NCBI RefSeq assembly: GCF_000143415.4
Contig: NW_003314383.1
Coordinates: 124,001-188,000, forward strand
Origin: Selaginella moellendorffii
Lineage: Eukaryota > Plantae > Lycopodiophyta
Reading direction: 5' to 3'
DNA length: 64,000 nt
The notes below the pieces were generated by a model. It searched no databases, was not told the origin of the DNA, and saw nothing but the letters and a program-made list of their open reading frames with translations. Numbering within the stretch: the first letter of the stretch is position 1; each line of letters starts with the position of its first letter. Made by a program: the position numbers and the translations under genes. Below, piece by piece: positions 8,850-20,169 of this stretch.

Positions 8850-10895
8850 TCAAGAACAAGCTTGCAAGTTGGAGAGGAGAATGTAGGACGACGCCCACTG
8901 CCCGCCCTTTTGGAGCGCTCTCTCCGCCACTCTCTCCGCCGCATCGACGCCGCCATGGCTCTTGCAAGCGCCCAACAACGCCGTCCACGCGATTCCATCC
9001 GGCGCCACTGGCATCCTCTCCACGAATTCCTCGGCGCTCTCGAGAATTCCGGCTCGGCTGAGCAGATCGATCATGCAGGCGTAGTGCTCGGCCGCGGGTG
9101 CGATTCCATAGCTCTCACTCATCGCCGTGAAGTGATGCGTCCCCAGCTCCACGAGCCCCATATGGCTGCAAGCGCTGAGCGCCGCGATGTAGGTCACGGC
9201 CGTCGGGATTGTTCCATCTTGCTCCATCGCATGGAGTAGATCCAGCGCCTCCCTCACAAATCCGGCCTGGGAGTAGCAAGAGATCATCGTGTTCCACAGC
9301 GCGGAGCTCCGCCTGGCGCCCCCGCGATCGAATAGCCGCCTTGCTTCTTGGAGATTTCCACACTTGCCATACATCCCGACCAGCGAATTCGCGACCGTGG
9401 AGCTGGAATCGTAGCCAGCAGCGTCAATCTCAGCGTGGAGGAACCGGCCGCGAGCTAGATCCGATGCAGCGCCACACGAATCGATCGCCACCAAGAAGGC
9501 CATCTCGTCGGGTTTGATTCCATCAAGATCCATGAGCAAGAAATATTTCATCGCCGATCGAGCGTCGCCGCTCTGGAGGAAGCCGGTGACGATCGCGCTC
9601 CAGGAGATCACGTCCCTGGCAGGAATCGCCAAGAACAGCGCCAGCGCCTCGTCCATCACAGCGTTGAGGCACAATCCCGTGAGCATCGCGTTGCAAGCCG
9701 AGGTGTTCTTCGCTGGAAGATCGCGGAAGACGGCCAGGGCGGATTGGATCCGGCCGCCTTGGCAGTAGCCGATGATCAATCCAATCCACGACGAAATGCT
9801 CCACTTCGGCATCCTCGCGAAGGAATCCTCGGCGCCTTCCACGCTCGCGGTGTGACCATAGGCGGAGACGAGTGTGTTCCAAGAGATGAGATTCCTTTGC
9901 GGCATCGCCAGGAAGAGCGCTATGGCGGAGGACATATCGCCGGTGTAAGCGTAGCCAAGCATCGCGGCGGTGGAGGAGACGATGTCGTGCTGCGGCATCT
10001 TGCCAAGAACAGCTCTCGCGAGCTCGGGCTCGGCATTCTTGGCGTGCGCGGTGATCAAAGAATTCCAAGAAACGATGTTTCTTTCTCCCATCCTCTCGAA
10101 GAGATTCTTGGCGCCGAAGTGGTCTCGATTCTGTGCGAATGCCGCGATCATCACATTGCACGCTGATAGATCTGGAGCAGCCAGCTGCTCGAATGCCGCT
10201 CTAGCCCGCGAGAGATTTCCCTCGCTAGCGTGCGCCATGACGAGGATGCTAGAGATTGCGGCACTCTTGAATCCAAATCGATCTTTCATGCTCGTCGCGA
10301 GATCCAAGTGGCCCTGCGTCGCGAGCGCGTGGATTACGAGCGTCCAGGAAGCCTCGCTCCATCCCGGCATCCGATCGAAGACGTTCTTGGCCGCGAATGA
10401 ATGCCCGCTATGGGCAAATGCTGCGATCATCGCGTTCCAGGAGATCTCATCCAGCTCCGGCATCCAGTGGAAGATCACGGACGATTGTTCTGGCGATCCA
10501 ATGCGCGAGTAGGCCGTGAGAATCGAATTGAACGACACGAGTCCCCACTGTGGCATTCGATCGAAGACTTCCCTGGCAAGAACAATATCCCCATTCCTGA
10601 CATATGCCCCCAAGAGGATGTTCCAGGAGAATGTGTTGGATCTCTGGATCTGCGAGAAGGCCAGATGCGCCTCATCCATGGATCCACAGCTGGAATACAT
10701 CTGAATGAGGAGATTTCCAAGGAGAGTGTCGTGATCCTGGCGAGAGGCGACGATGTGAGCGTGAAGACGCTTGCCCTCCCGCAGGGATTTGCAAGCGATG
10801 CACTGGCGGAGGAGATTGGCGTAGGCCGCGCGCTCGATGTGGAAGGCGTCGCCGAATCGATCGACATTGTAGACAAACTCGGCCAAGCTTCTCAT
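8850..10895 (-). CDS. PLS-class pentatricopeptide repeat protein with E domain, no DYW
   Basis: Repeated FDRMP...D/N..SWN..I.A motifs and the E motif ALSACSHMGLV...EHYACMIDLLSRAG...WTALLGAC. Probable start is MRSLAEF at 10895; the ORF extension to 11084 is antisense to the Clot gene. Confidence 0.92.
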   Translation of the reverse strand: MRSLAEFVYNVDRFGDAFHIERAAYANLLRQCIACKSLREGKRLHAHIVASRQDHDTLLGNLLIQMYSSCGSMDEAHLAFSQIQRSNTFSWNILLGAYVRNGDIVLAREVFDRMPQWGLVSFNSILTAYSRIGSPEQSSVIFHWMPELDEISWNAMIAAFAHSGHSFAAKNVFDRMPGWSEASWTLVIHALATQGHLDLATSMKDRFGFKSAAISSILVMAHASEGNLSRARAAFEQLAAPDLSACNVMIAAFAQNRDHFGAKNLFERMGERNIVSWNSLITAHAKNAEPELARAVLGKMPQHDIVSSTAAMLGYAYTGDMSSAIALFLAMPQRNLISWNTLVSAYGHTASVEGAEDSFARMPKWSISSWIGLIIGYCQGGRIQSALAVFRDLPAKNTSACNAMLTGLCLNAVMDEALALFLAIPARDVISWSAIVTGFLQSGDARSAMKYFLLMDLDGIKPDEMAFLVAIDSCGAASDLARGRFLHAEIDAAGYDSSSTVANSLVGMYGKCGNLQEARRLFDRGGARRSSALWNTMISCYSQAGFVREALDLLHAMEQDGTIPTAVTYIAALSACSHMGLVELGTHHFTAMSESYGIAPAAEHYACMIDLLSRAGILESAEEFVERMPVAPDGIAWTALLGACKSHGGVDAAERVAERALQKGGQWASSYILLSNLQACS

Positions 10896-10928
10896 GCCAT
10901 TGCCGCCATTGCCGAGCAAACCTAGGGC

Positions 10929-11398
10929 ATGGCGGCCGCGATTGTGGACTCCAGCGTCGGCGATTTGGATGGCGTGCTCGAGGCCGCCGAGAAGCAAGGC
11001 GGTGGCGCCGTGCTGCTGCTCTTCCTGGGCGATCGAATCCCTTCCATCGGCCGGAGCTGGTGCCCAGGTGAGCAATCTAGACAAGTAACTTCTCCCTTTG
11101 ATCTTCTCTCTCTTTTTTCCTGCTAGATTGCGTGAGAGCTGAGCCAGTGATCTACAAAGAAGTGGAGAGCGCTGGGCACAAAGTCACGCTTGTGAGAGTG
11201 AATGTGGGCGACAAGCCGACTTGGCGAGACCCTGCTCATCCTTTGAGGATTGATCCACGCTTCCGGCTCACGGGCGTTCCCACGCTAATCCGCTGGAGCT
11301 CTGGCACAATTGTCGATCGCCTGGAAGATCACGAGGCTCATCTCGCGGACAAAGTTCGCAGGCTTGTCAACACCCCCGACAAGATCGTCAATCCTTGA
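10929..11398 (+). CDS. CLOT: Thioredoxin-like protein Clot / TXNDC17 (TRP14); intron 11068-11126
   Basis: Splicing GT(11068)-AG(11126) reconstitutes RSWCPDCVRAEPVIY...VGDKPTWRD...FRLTGVPTLIRW, with the WCPDC active site. Confidence 0.93.
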
Positions 11399-11478
11399 AT
11401 GTTTAGAAAGTTAGACATCAACTATATCTACGTCTACAGTGTTCTTCTTTTTACCATCTATTGTCCCTCAACAAGTCT

Positions 11479-12969
11479 CTAGTTTAACATTTCACAAGCG
11501 CTTCCTCCGGAACACTCCCGGTAGTGGCGCGCATGAGAGAAGCCAAGCTTGGTCAGTGCGGCTTCAACATCCCGCTCATCTGGAAAAGAGAACTGTTCAA
11601 ACTCTCTGCTTGATCGATCGAGGCTTACGTACCAGTGGAACCAATCTTGCAGCCGATCAATCTAAGATGCCTGGCTGCGTTCTCCGCACGCCTATCGAAT
11701 GTTGAGCTGATACCAGGCCACACTCCTCGCATTTCCCTGTGGAAACAACGTTCTCTAGTTTTGCTACGCCAAGTAGAACTCGTTTGAAAGGTACCTAAGG
11801 AACAAGCGTATGCTGCTCTGGCTCAGTCCGAACAAGCCACTTAGCTGCCTGTTTAGTTCGGAGGGATCGCTGATAGTCTTGAACGAGCATACGGCACCAG
11901 CGTGTTCAGTTTTCAGCTGTAGTGCCAGCCTTTGCAGTCGAGCAGCAGTTCTGCAACATTCAAAGAAAGGGAAGTTTGTCCAGACGAAACCCAGACTCCG
12001 GAACGCACCTCTCTGGGTAGCTCGTGTAGCCGGCCCTCTCTAGCACCTTGGCGTTCTCTTCCAGGTCAGCCTTGAGAACATCAGTGAGCTTTGTGATCCC
12101 TGAAGTAACGATGTTCTGATGACAAAGACGTTACCGGAAACTCAAGAAAGATCGGATTTTTACCATAGTACCTTGAACGTGCCGCTGCAAACATCTAGCG
12201 CCGTGCTGCGGTTGAACAAGGCCACAGCAAGAAACCACTTTTCGACTTCGTCGTCTCCTTTGTCTACATCGATACCAAGGGCCTTGGATGTTCTCCCACC
12301 GAACTTGTTCACCAGTTTCGAAAAGACCTGTGCAAAAACGAAAATAGTCAGTCACACAACTGCCAAGAGAATTCTTAAGAGAAAGAAAAAAGTAGAAGGG
12401 ATAAGCGTACCTCTTTGGCCTCCTCATCATCGAGGAAGCCGCCGTCCTCACTCCTAGCATGCTGGTCGCTGCTTTCAAGCGTTGAAGTATCCTCTGTCTC
12501 CGTGTCCTCGTTCATGGACGACAAATTCTCGATGTTAACCCTCGACGCGAACTTCTCGCGACCGTCAGGAGTAGCAACGCCGTTCACATTATGGCCGAGA
12601 GTTTGCTGAGGCAACTGTTGGCTCTTCTTGGCGTGACTGCTATCGTCAGGCATGTGAGAGAGCCTGGCTTCCCGAGCATTCCTAATAACCCGCATCTTTT
12701 TCCTCCTCTGGAACTCTGCATTTTATCACAAGAACTCTTGGGTCAACATTTTGAACAAACCAAACAAGAAAAGATCAAGCACCTTTCCTTAAGGCAGACT
12801 CAGCCGAAGTCGCAGTTACTGCTGGAGAGAGAAGCGCCCCATACATATAAGAGTCCGCCGTCAAGAATTTCCAAAGCCCCTGGAGTCCAGCCGACTTGAG
12901 GGTCTTCTTGAGACATTTTCTTCCCCTCTCCTTGAACCTGGCGCCACTGCCTTCACCTGCCTTGACCAT
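11479..12969 (-). CDS. 7-exon gene (~371 aa): plant-type N-terminus plus a C-terminal domain resembling a prokaryotic HhH-GPD-like protein family
   Basis: Exons 12969-12783, 12715-12411, 12327-12172, 12115-12009, 11950-11795, 11736-11633, 11579-11479. All introns are GT-AG, phases are consistent, and the total is 1116 nt. The product contains ALGIDVDKGDDEVEKWFLAVALF...LERAGYTSYPERTAARLQRLA...IRLFLREMRGVWPG...VEAALTKLG. Confidence 0.8.
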
Positions 12970-13136
12970 CGCTACTCTAAAATCCCCAACTCCACCAGTA
13001 ACCCAGCCTAAACTTCGCAACGGTGCCAACAAGCGAACTTGGTGAAAACGTGGCACTCCCTACAACTGCCACGTAAACAAACACGCGTCATCACCACCTC
13101 GAGGTACCCAGGCATGCCAACTTACAAGAGCTCCTC

Positions 13137-16100
13137 TCAGATGAGAGCGAAGACGAGATCTTCTGCGCTGACGATGGAGTCCATGGGCGGATTCGTGAAG
13201 ACGTATGGACACGGACTGCCATGCGTTCCCTTTGCTCGGTAGAGACCCAAGGCGAGCATGCCTCTCTCTGCCAGGAGCTCCGAGAACATATCACCGTAGG
13301 AACGATTCACGTACTTTTGTGGAGCTTCGAACTGCTCCAAAACTCGAGCATGCTTGCTGTCGTCAACGCTGCCCTCCACAAGCTGCTCTACGATTGAGCT
13401 GGTATTCTTGTTGTAGAACGAGGAGCGCCTGCGAGTAAACACACTCAATATCAAAAAAAGAAAAAAACGAATAGAACACTTATGTGCTTACATGAGAAAG
13501 CTGAGCATGCTTGGGGAGACCGCTCGTCCTTCCATGTATGCGGGTGCAAAGTGAGCAACAGCGTCAGGATTGCGTTTGTAAGCGTCCGCAGGTATAGAGC
13601 CACTTGGGATCTGGCTATACGGCCACAGGTAGTGCAAGCCAATCGCATGCTGCATCTCAATCACGACTTTGGTGAGATCACCGTGAAGCAAGCGCTCGAT
13701 GTTGGCCAGAATTATAATGCCGTCTACGTCACTGGTGTAAGCCCCTGGATTCTTCCGGGTATCAGCAGTTTGCTGAACACCTTTCCCACTGGCATCAATC
13801 GGACACCCAGGATACGCAAGCACAATGACTTTGTCTAAATCATAGCAATCAAAGGTTAAAAAACTTCATAGAAAAACCTTGAAAAACATACCTGCATGAA
13901 TGACTCCAGCACGCATTAAATCAAGCTCGTGAATCGGCGAGCCCTTCACGAAAAATACGTCTTTGAAAACGCCGACTGATCCCCACTGATAGAAATCGGG
14001 TTGGGATGGATGTAGAATCACCACCGGATGATTCGGAAACGTTGGCTTTCGGAGCTCGACTAGAAAGTAAAACAGATTGGCCGGCCATTTGCCTTGACAG
14101 CAAACCAGTATGTGTGCCTTCTTCAAGCTAACGATTGTGATGCTCCTTCTTTGGAGGTCTTGCAAAATTTTCTGCTCGTTCCTTTCGAGCAAAACAGCGT
14201 GCGGTCGACCATAAATGTCTGCTGAAGGCCATGCAAGCGTCCAGTCCATGGACGCTTCCAATGCTGCAGATGGTTCTCCTTCCAAGTAATTACTGGTCGA
14301 TGCGTCGATCTCCGTAGAGTCGCTGAAGCCATTGCCGCTGAGCAATGCAGCGTGATTCTTTTCGACAGCGTCTCTGAGACTAACGATCAGCTTGTGATGT
14401 CCCACAGGACTCGAAGGCACGGGAACCGGTTGGCTGCCATCTAAATATGAGTCTATACCAGGTATCTCCTGTCTTTTAAAAGAGGCCACTGAACCCAGCT
14501 TCTTCCACCGAGAGCTCACAGACTCCAAGAGCTTACGCTCGCGACTTTGAGGATTTGAGCAAGTCCCTTCGAACTTAGATATGCTGTAGACGGTATTGAG
14601 GCTCGTTGCCATCACAAGACCAATGTCATTTGAGGAGATACTATGTCCTTTTGGGTGCAGCAAAACCGTTCCACTTGTGTCTAACGCAAAGAGTGTTATA
14701 TTGAACGAAGAGTATATAAATTCCGTAACCTGCATACAAAAACAACATGATTCAGTATAAGGATGGAAAAAGAAAAATACTTGCCTCTTCAAAAAGCAGA
14801 CCGTGAAAAGCGCTTGGAAAAATCAATGGATACACTTCGTTGTCAAAACTGTGATTATACTCAACTATGTGACGCATCGAAGGTATATTATGTAGCTGAA
14901 TTTCGGACGTAAACAAATTTGTAATAAAAGTATAGAGACCCTTGATCGTACAACTGCAACCAAGAAAGAACGATATAGTCGAATTGACACATAAAAAATG
15001 TGAATTGAACTGGACCTGCGAGCTAGTAGCTTGTTATGCAGCTTTGTCTGGCAAATAACCTCAATCCCCTGCCCATAAGCATTATCCCAAACGCTACATC
15101 TCAGAGCATCAGGGTCTAGTACTTCAACAACTATCCGAACTCGACCTTTGCAATAACGGCTTACAGCCAAAGCTCTAAAAATTTGAGTATGATCTTCTGT
15201 TCTTGGATCCTGCAAAGCCACTTGAGATAGCAATTTTGTTACCGAATATAAAATCAAGTTACCAATGTCTCCTTGTCCGCCAAAAGGAAAAAAGCTGACG
15301 CTTTGTCTGCGCTAATACGATCCAGGTCTGATGTCTGTGACGGGCACCCTTCGTAGAACTCCACTTGATTATTGTAAAGGGACAGCAACTGCTGCAACTC
15401 GAATCTACAAAAATGGAACAGCTAAGTATGACAAGTTTGAAAACGTAGCTCTTACGATGGAGTAAATGGCGCGAGAATAATAACGTGCATAGGATAGATT
15501 TCTAGATCTGAGAATCATCCGAGCTGTAAGTCCGAATATTAACAGCTGCGCGACTAAAGCATTCTCTCACCTTCAGCATGGGTAGGATTATAAAGTTCTG
15601 CAAGAAAAATCTGAATCACGCGCAGCTCTATGCTGCCGCCTATAATCAGAAATCGTGACCCGAGCACCTTTCTTGAGTTGAAAGTACCACCATAAGGTCT
15701 GGGACGGGCTGCCCCGTAAGAAAGAAGAGAAGATAAAACACAAACATTGTACCTATTGTATGCAAGTGTACTGATCCTGCTCACTTGTATGGGAAGAATG
15801 GCTACGGCAATCATAATTGTGATGATGATAGCAGCCTGGCCTTGAATTGTTACGGGAACAACATCTCCGTATCCAACAGTCGCAATCTATTAAAAAGAAA
15901 GACGTTTCTTGAAGTTCAAAACAAGTGTGCAACATACCGTAACAATGACGAAATAGAATGCGTCCCAGAAAGACATGCACCCTTCTCGGGGACACATCCG
16001 TTTGGTTTTTTCAGAAGCACCATGATACTCCAGCCATTGAATAATACCAGCAACAAGAACGACTGTATAGAAACAGATTAAGTATCAATAAATTCAAGTT

Positions 16101-17081
16101 GATTTAAAACCTGCGCCAGCAGTGGAGAAGATTAATAGAATAATCTGTTGGGTTAACGTGCTTCCAGCCATTCCTAGCTTCGTAATGCAAGATGATATTC
16201 TGTAACAACCGAAAAACTTATCGAACTGCCATAATTACCAATCGCATAAGAGTACCTTACAATGCGAAGAAACTGAAGCAAGTTATAAACATCACCGCCG
16301 GCTTTGCGATACCTGAGTTGATTCGCAATCATAGTTCATCCGTTGAAAAACATCTCAAACAGTTTACCTGAAAACGTTGAAAATGGGAATAGCGCTCAAA
16401 AGATCCACTAGACCCGACAAGGAGAAAATGTAGAAAATCCGAGCAGGCTCACTGCACTGGCAGCAACATCAGCAAAAACACACTTTTAAGTTTGGAAACG
16501 AGCTTGTGGGTTTACCTATAAATTCTCAAAACATAGTCGGCAAGGAAAGCAACACTGATGGCATTTTGTAAGTGTGTGACCCAAGAACCAGCAGTCCCGT
16601 AGCTATTGACACGAAAAATTTAGCATAAACTCCAATGCCATCTACGTTCATCAACCTGTGCATTGTTTGTTCAATCTACACTGCTTTACGTACGTCGAGT
16701 AGACATAGAGAACACCGGAGAGAACCGCAAGAATGAACTCCGTCTGTGCAAAACACGCAAAAGATGAAAAGAAACTGAGAAATCCCCAAGCAAATGATTT
16801 ACCAGATATAAAATATAGCCAAGAGCACCGCCCCGGAGAAAGATCCTCAGCCTCACCGAGCGAGGCACGCTCCCAAAGAGAAACGAATCGTGATACGTCT
16901 CTAGCACACTTGCCTTGACATTGATGTGCTTGAGGTTGTGCTGCCACGCCGATGACGAGAATGTCTTGGTCAGCGTCTCCAAAATGCTGGATCGCCTGCG
17001 ATCGCTGCCGCTTAGGATGCCGAAATTCGTTTGCTGCTGCTGATCCACGGCATTCCCCGCCTCGGCATCCAGCGGCGCCAT
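13137..17081 (-). CDS. Slo/BK-type potassium channel alpha subunit (6TM, pore, two RCK domains), multi-exon
   Basis: Pore FWDAFYFVIVT|IATVGYGDVVP (~15855-15980); RCK1 FYEGCPSQTSDLDRISADKASAFFLLAD; RCK2 FVKGSPIHELDLMRAG; C-terminal YGDMFSELLAERGMLALGLYR...PYVFTNPP. Confidence 0.9.
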
Positions 17082-17407
17082 CGATCGATCGAGCGAGCGA
17101 GCGAAATAAAAATTCTAGGGCTCCAAGAACACAAGTAACTTCACGCTGGAAGAGACTCGAACCCAAAACGTCTTTGTTCTTCCTCACGTTCTTAGAAAAG
17201 AGAATAGAAAAAACAAGAATGAGAGAGGCCTCTGTTGTGTTTTCCTTTCCTTCCTTTCTTCTTCCTTGTGGCATGGCACCTCCTAAAAAGAAACCGGTCC
17301 GAGGAGTCGTGAATTAGTTTGATGGTGCTACTAATACAGAGAGGGGTGGAAGTCGTCGTCGTGAATTTTTCTCGTTGCTTCGTCGTCTCGTCCGTGAGAA
17401 AAGCTCG

Positions 17408-19579
17408 CTATGACGTCAAGAATCTGAAAACATCCCGCAAAGAAATAATGCCTTCGACATGTCGGCTGCCAGCTTCAACGCAAATCACTCGCCGGACGCC
17501 TGAGAAACAGCGAGACAATGCTTAGAAAAGAAAAACGAAAGCAAAAACTGGAAGAATGATCCACTTCACCTGGCGTTGCGAGCCGCTCAATCACGTCTCG
17601 GAGCGTGTGTGAGCGTAGGCACATATGACACCGAGTCCCAACGGATGATCCTCCGGTCCTGTTGTTATCCTGGCCCATTTGCAAAGCCTGGACGAAATCA
17701 AAACGTGTGAAGTGGAGCGAAAGCTGAGAAACACTCTTACTTGTCCGACTGTTATCTCGTGAAGATGAACAGTTGCATACGCTCTGTCTCTTGCTAACGA
17801 CGTAATGTCGCTGTTCGATCATGTCACAAACAAAAAACGTAAATCTCCACACCACCATCGCTGCAAAGGCATACCTTCTAGTGTAGACGTCAATAAGTGA
17901 ACCATTGTCGTCAAGTATTGGTAGCGCGCTCACATTGGCTGCCAAAGTTTCCAGCAACTATTTTAAGGCAAAGACGACTCTTTTTTTCCGATTTACCTTG
18001 CAGGAGAAGCGAAAACGCGGCGCTGAGAGGTGCGCTCGCCCGGAGCATTGCCAAAGGTCGGCAATTTGCACCGCCGACTTCGGGACTCCATGTTCCCAGT
18101 GGCAGTGCATACAAAGGCTGCAGCAGGAGAGGCAGCCACGAAGGAACATGCCGGAAATGCCTCAGCATACCTGCATATAACAGCAAGCATTCAAGTCAGA
18201 AAAATCTTATCGGATTGAAAAAAAACGCTGCCATCGTACATTTTAGAATGTCTGAGAGTGTCGCGAGATGTAACACCTGTGGGACGAATCCATCCTGTGC
18301 TGCGTGAGTTAGCACTGGGAGCGTGGCGACCTCGTTCATCAGTAGCTTGTCCGTGAGTTGTCTCAAGGAATCATCAGGGCCAACCTGGAATACGGATTGT
18401 GAAATAGATCAGGAAGTCCGTCAAAACTACTCAAGGCATATCAGCTTACAGAAATAAGGTGTCTTTGTCGACGAACTCTGAAGAAAGTGGACTTCTCGTC
18501 TTTCCACACAGCGATGGTATGAGTATCAAGCTCCTCCTCGGATAGCATAGATCCTAAGTTTCCAAGCTGTCTTAAAATGATAATGAAGTCAGATGCGCTA
18601 AGCATGCCAACGAATTGCTGCCTTTCAGAATCCCATAAAGGAGCTACGGTCAAACCCTGGACAGACATAAAAACGATCAGACTTTTAAGATTAAACAGTG
18701 TATCATACCTGCTCATAAAGAATATGAAACGCTTGTTTTACAGGCAGCATGACGTCCAAGACAATCACCTGACAACCAAAGAAGAAAAGGAGTGAGTTGA
18801 ATGCACAGAGATTAACCATCAGAGTAAAGCCACCTTGCCGGACTCAGGAATTAATTCGTAGGCAGTATGATTGAGCAAAAATTCCGCAAGCCTCTGCTTG
18901 GAGGTTTCAACCTCACCAGCGGAGATGGCTTGCGGTCGTGGCTGCTGATGGCCATCTTGCAAATCTATCTGAAACACAAAAGGAGAGGAGAGCAACATGT
19001 TAGAACCAATCTACAAACACAAACTTGCGTTCTTTTTACCATGTGGTGGCCGGAGTTTTGATCAACGTCCATGTTCGATCCTGACGTTCCACCGTCCCCG
19101 TTTGGGGACGATGCAAGCTCTGGAATCTTCACAGTAACACAGTTATTTACATTTCCGTGCAGATCGTGTGCCACGGGCCCTTGATGATCCCATCTCCACT
19201 GTCCATCCACAATAAACTTGTACTGGAATCGAAACACGAGAGATCCATCAAAAACAAAGGAGAGACGAAGCAGCACGATCTACCTCATGGTAGCCAACAG
19301 GCAAGTTGAAGGTCCCTTGGAACACGGTTGGACAGTTCTCGAGAGGAGTCATTGGTAGCGTTGTGAGCCAGCTGCAAAAACAAAGAATTCATCAGGAATG
19401 CTCATCACCCCGAGAAGCAGTGTTGCTCAATCCCGAGAACGAAAGGAAAAGAAAGGAAAAAAATCACACCTTGTGAAGGATCCGCAGAGAAGGACCTGTG
19501 CGCCCCCATGAGGCCAGATGAAAGTCGTGGGTACCAGCGCCAAGTTCCTGCTTTTACATGCAATACCCTCCCGGGACAT
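17408..19579 (-). CDS. SNF4: SnRK1 beta-gamma subunit (CBM48 plus four CBS domains), multi-exon
   Basis: [36 protein letters not shown]; [12 protein letters not shown]; [11 protein letters not shown]; [21 protein letters not shown]; ends [30 protein letters not shown]. Confidence 0.93.
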
Positions 19580-19891
19580 TTGTCACAATGCTCTCCTCTC
19601 TGCGACGGCCGCCTCGCGCTAAACCCCCGAATGCCAAGCTTCCATCCCCCTTGTAACCGAAACATAAATCCTCGTCGTCGCGAAATCGCAGCTCCCCAAG
19701 CACACCACTGTCGCTGGCGCTGCTCAATGGCCGTGGATCCGCAGCCAGCTAGGTCTTGATGATTTTACCAGCCGGGGACGATCCATACCTGGAGCCGCCG
19801 TCGCCATCGCCATCGCCAAAAACCCTAGTTCTCTCCGAGCTACACCATCACTGGGGGGAGCTCTTTCGCCTTACTACCTAGTGTAAGTAAG

Positions 19892-19910
19892 AGTGTGTGT
19901 GTGTGTGTGT
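19892..19910. repeat. (GT)n microsatellite
   Basis: gtgtgtgtgtgtgtgtgt seen directly. Confidence 0.9.
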
Positions 19911-20169
19911 AGCACTTTTTTTACGTCTTCTGTATGCGTGGTAAACTCTTCCCTGCAAAATTTTTTAACCATGGAGGTAAAAAACAAAAAATTCCGAGCG
20001 TCATCTTGCCCCCTCTCTCCGGGCATTCCAATAATTACGTTATTAGAGGGGGGATCCTCGCATCTGGGCCGCACGCTCGCCTCTCCATCTCCGTACAACT
20101 CCCACGAAGAAATGGATCATCTTACGGAAGAACAGTTCTTCCGCTCTCTCTTTTTCTCGCCTTCTTTGC

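Noticed and set aside
10896-11084. N-terminal extension of the PPR ORF to 11084
   Set aside because: It starts at a non-ATG codon and is the antisense shadow of Clot exon 1.
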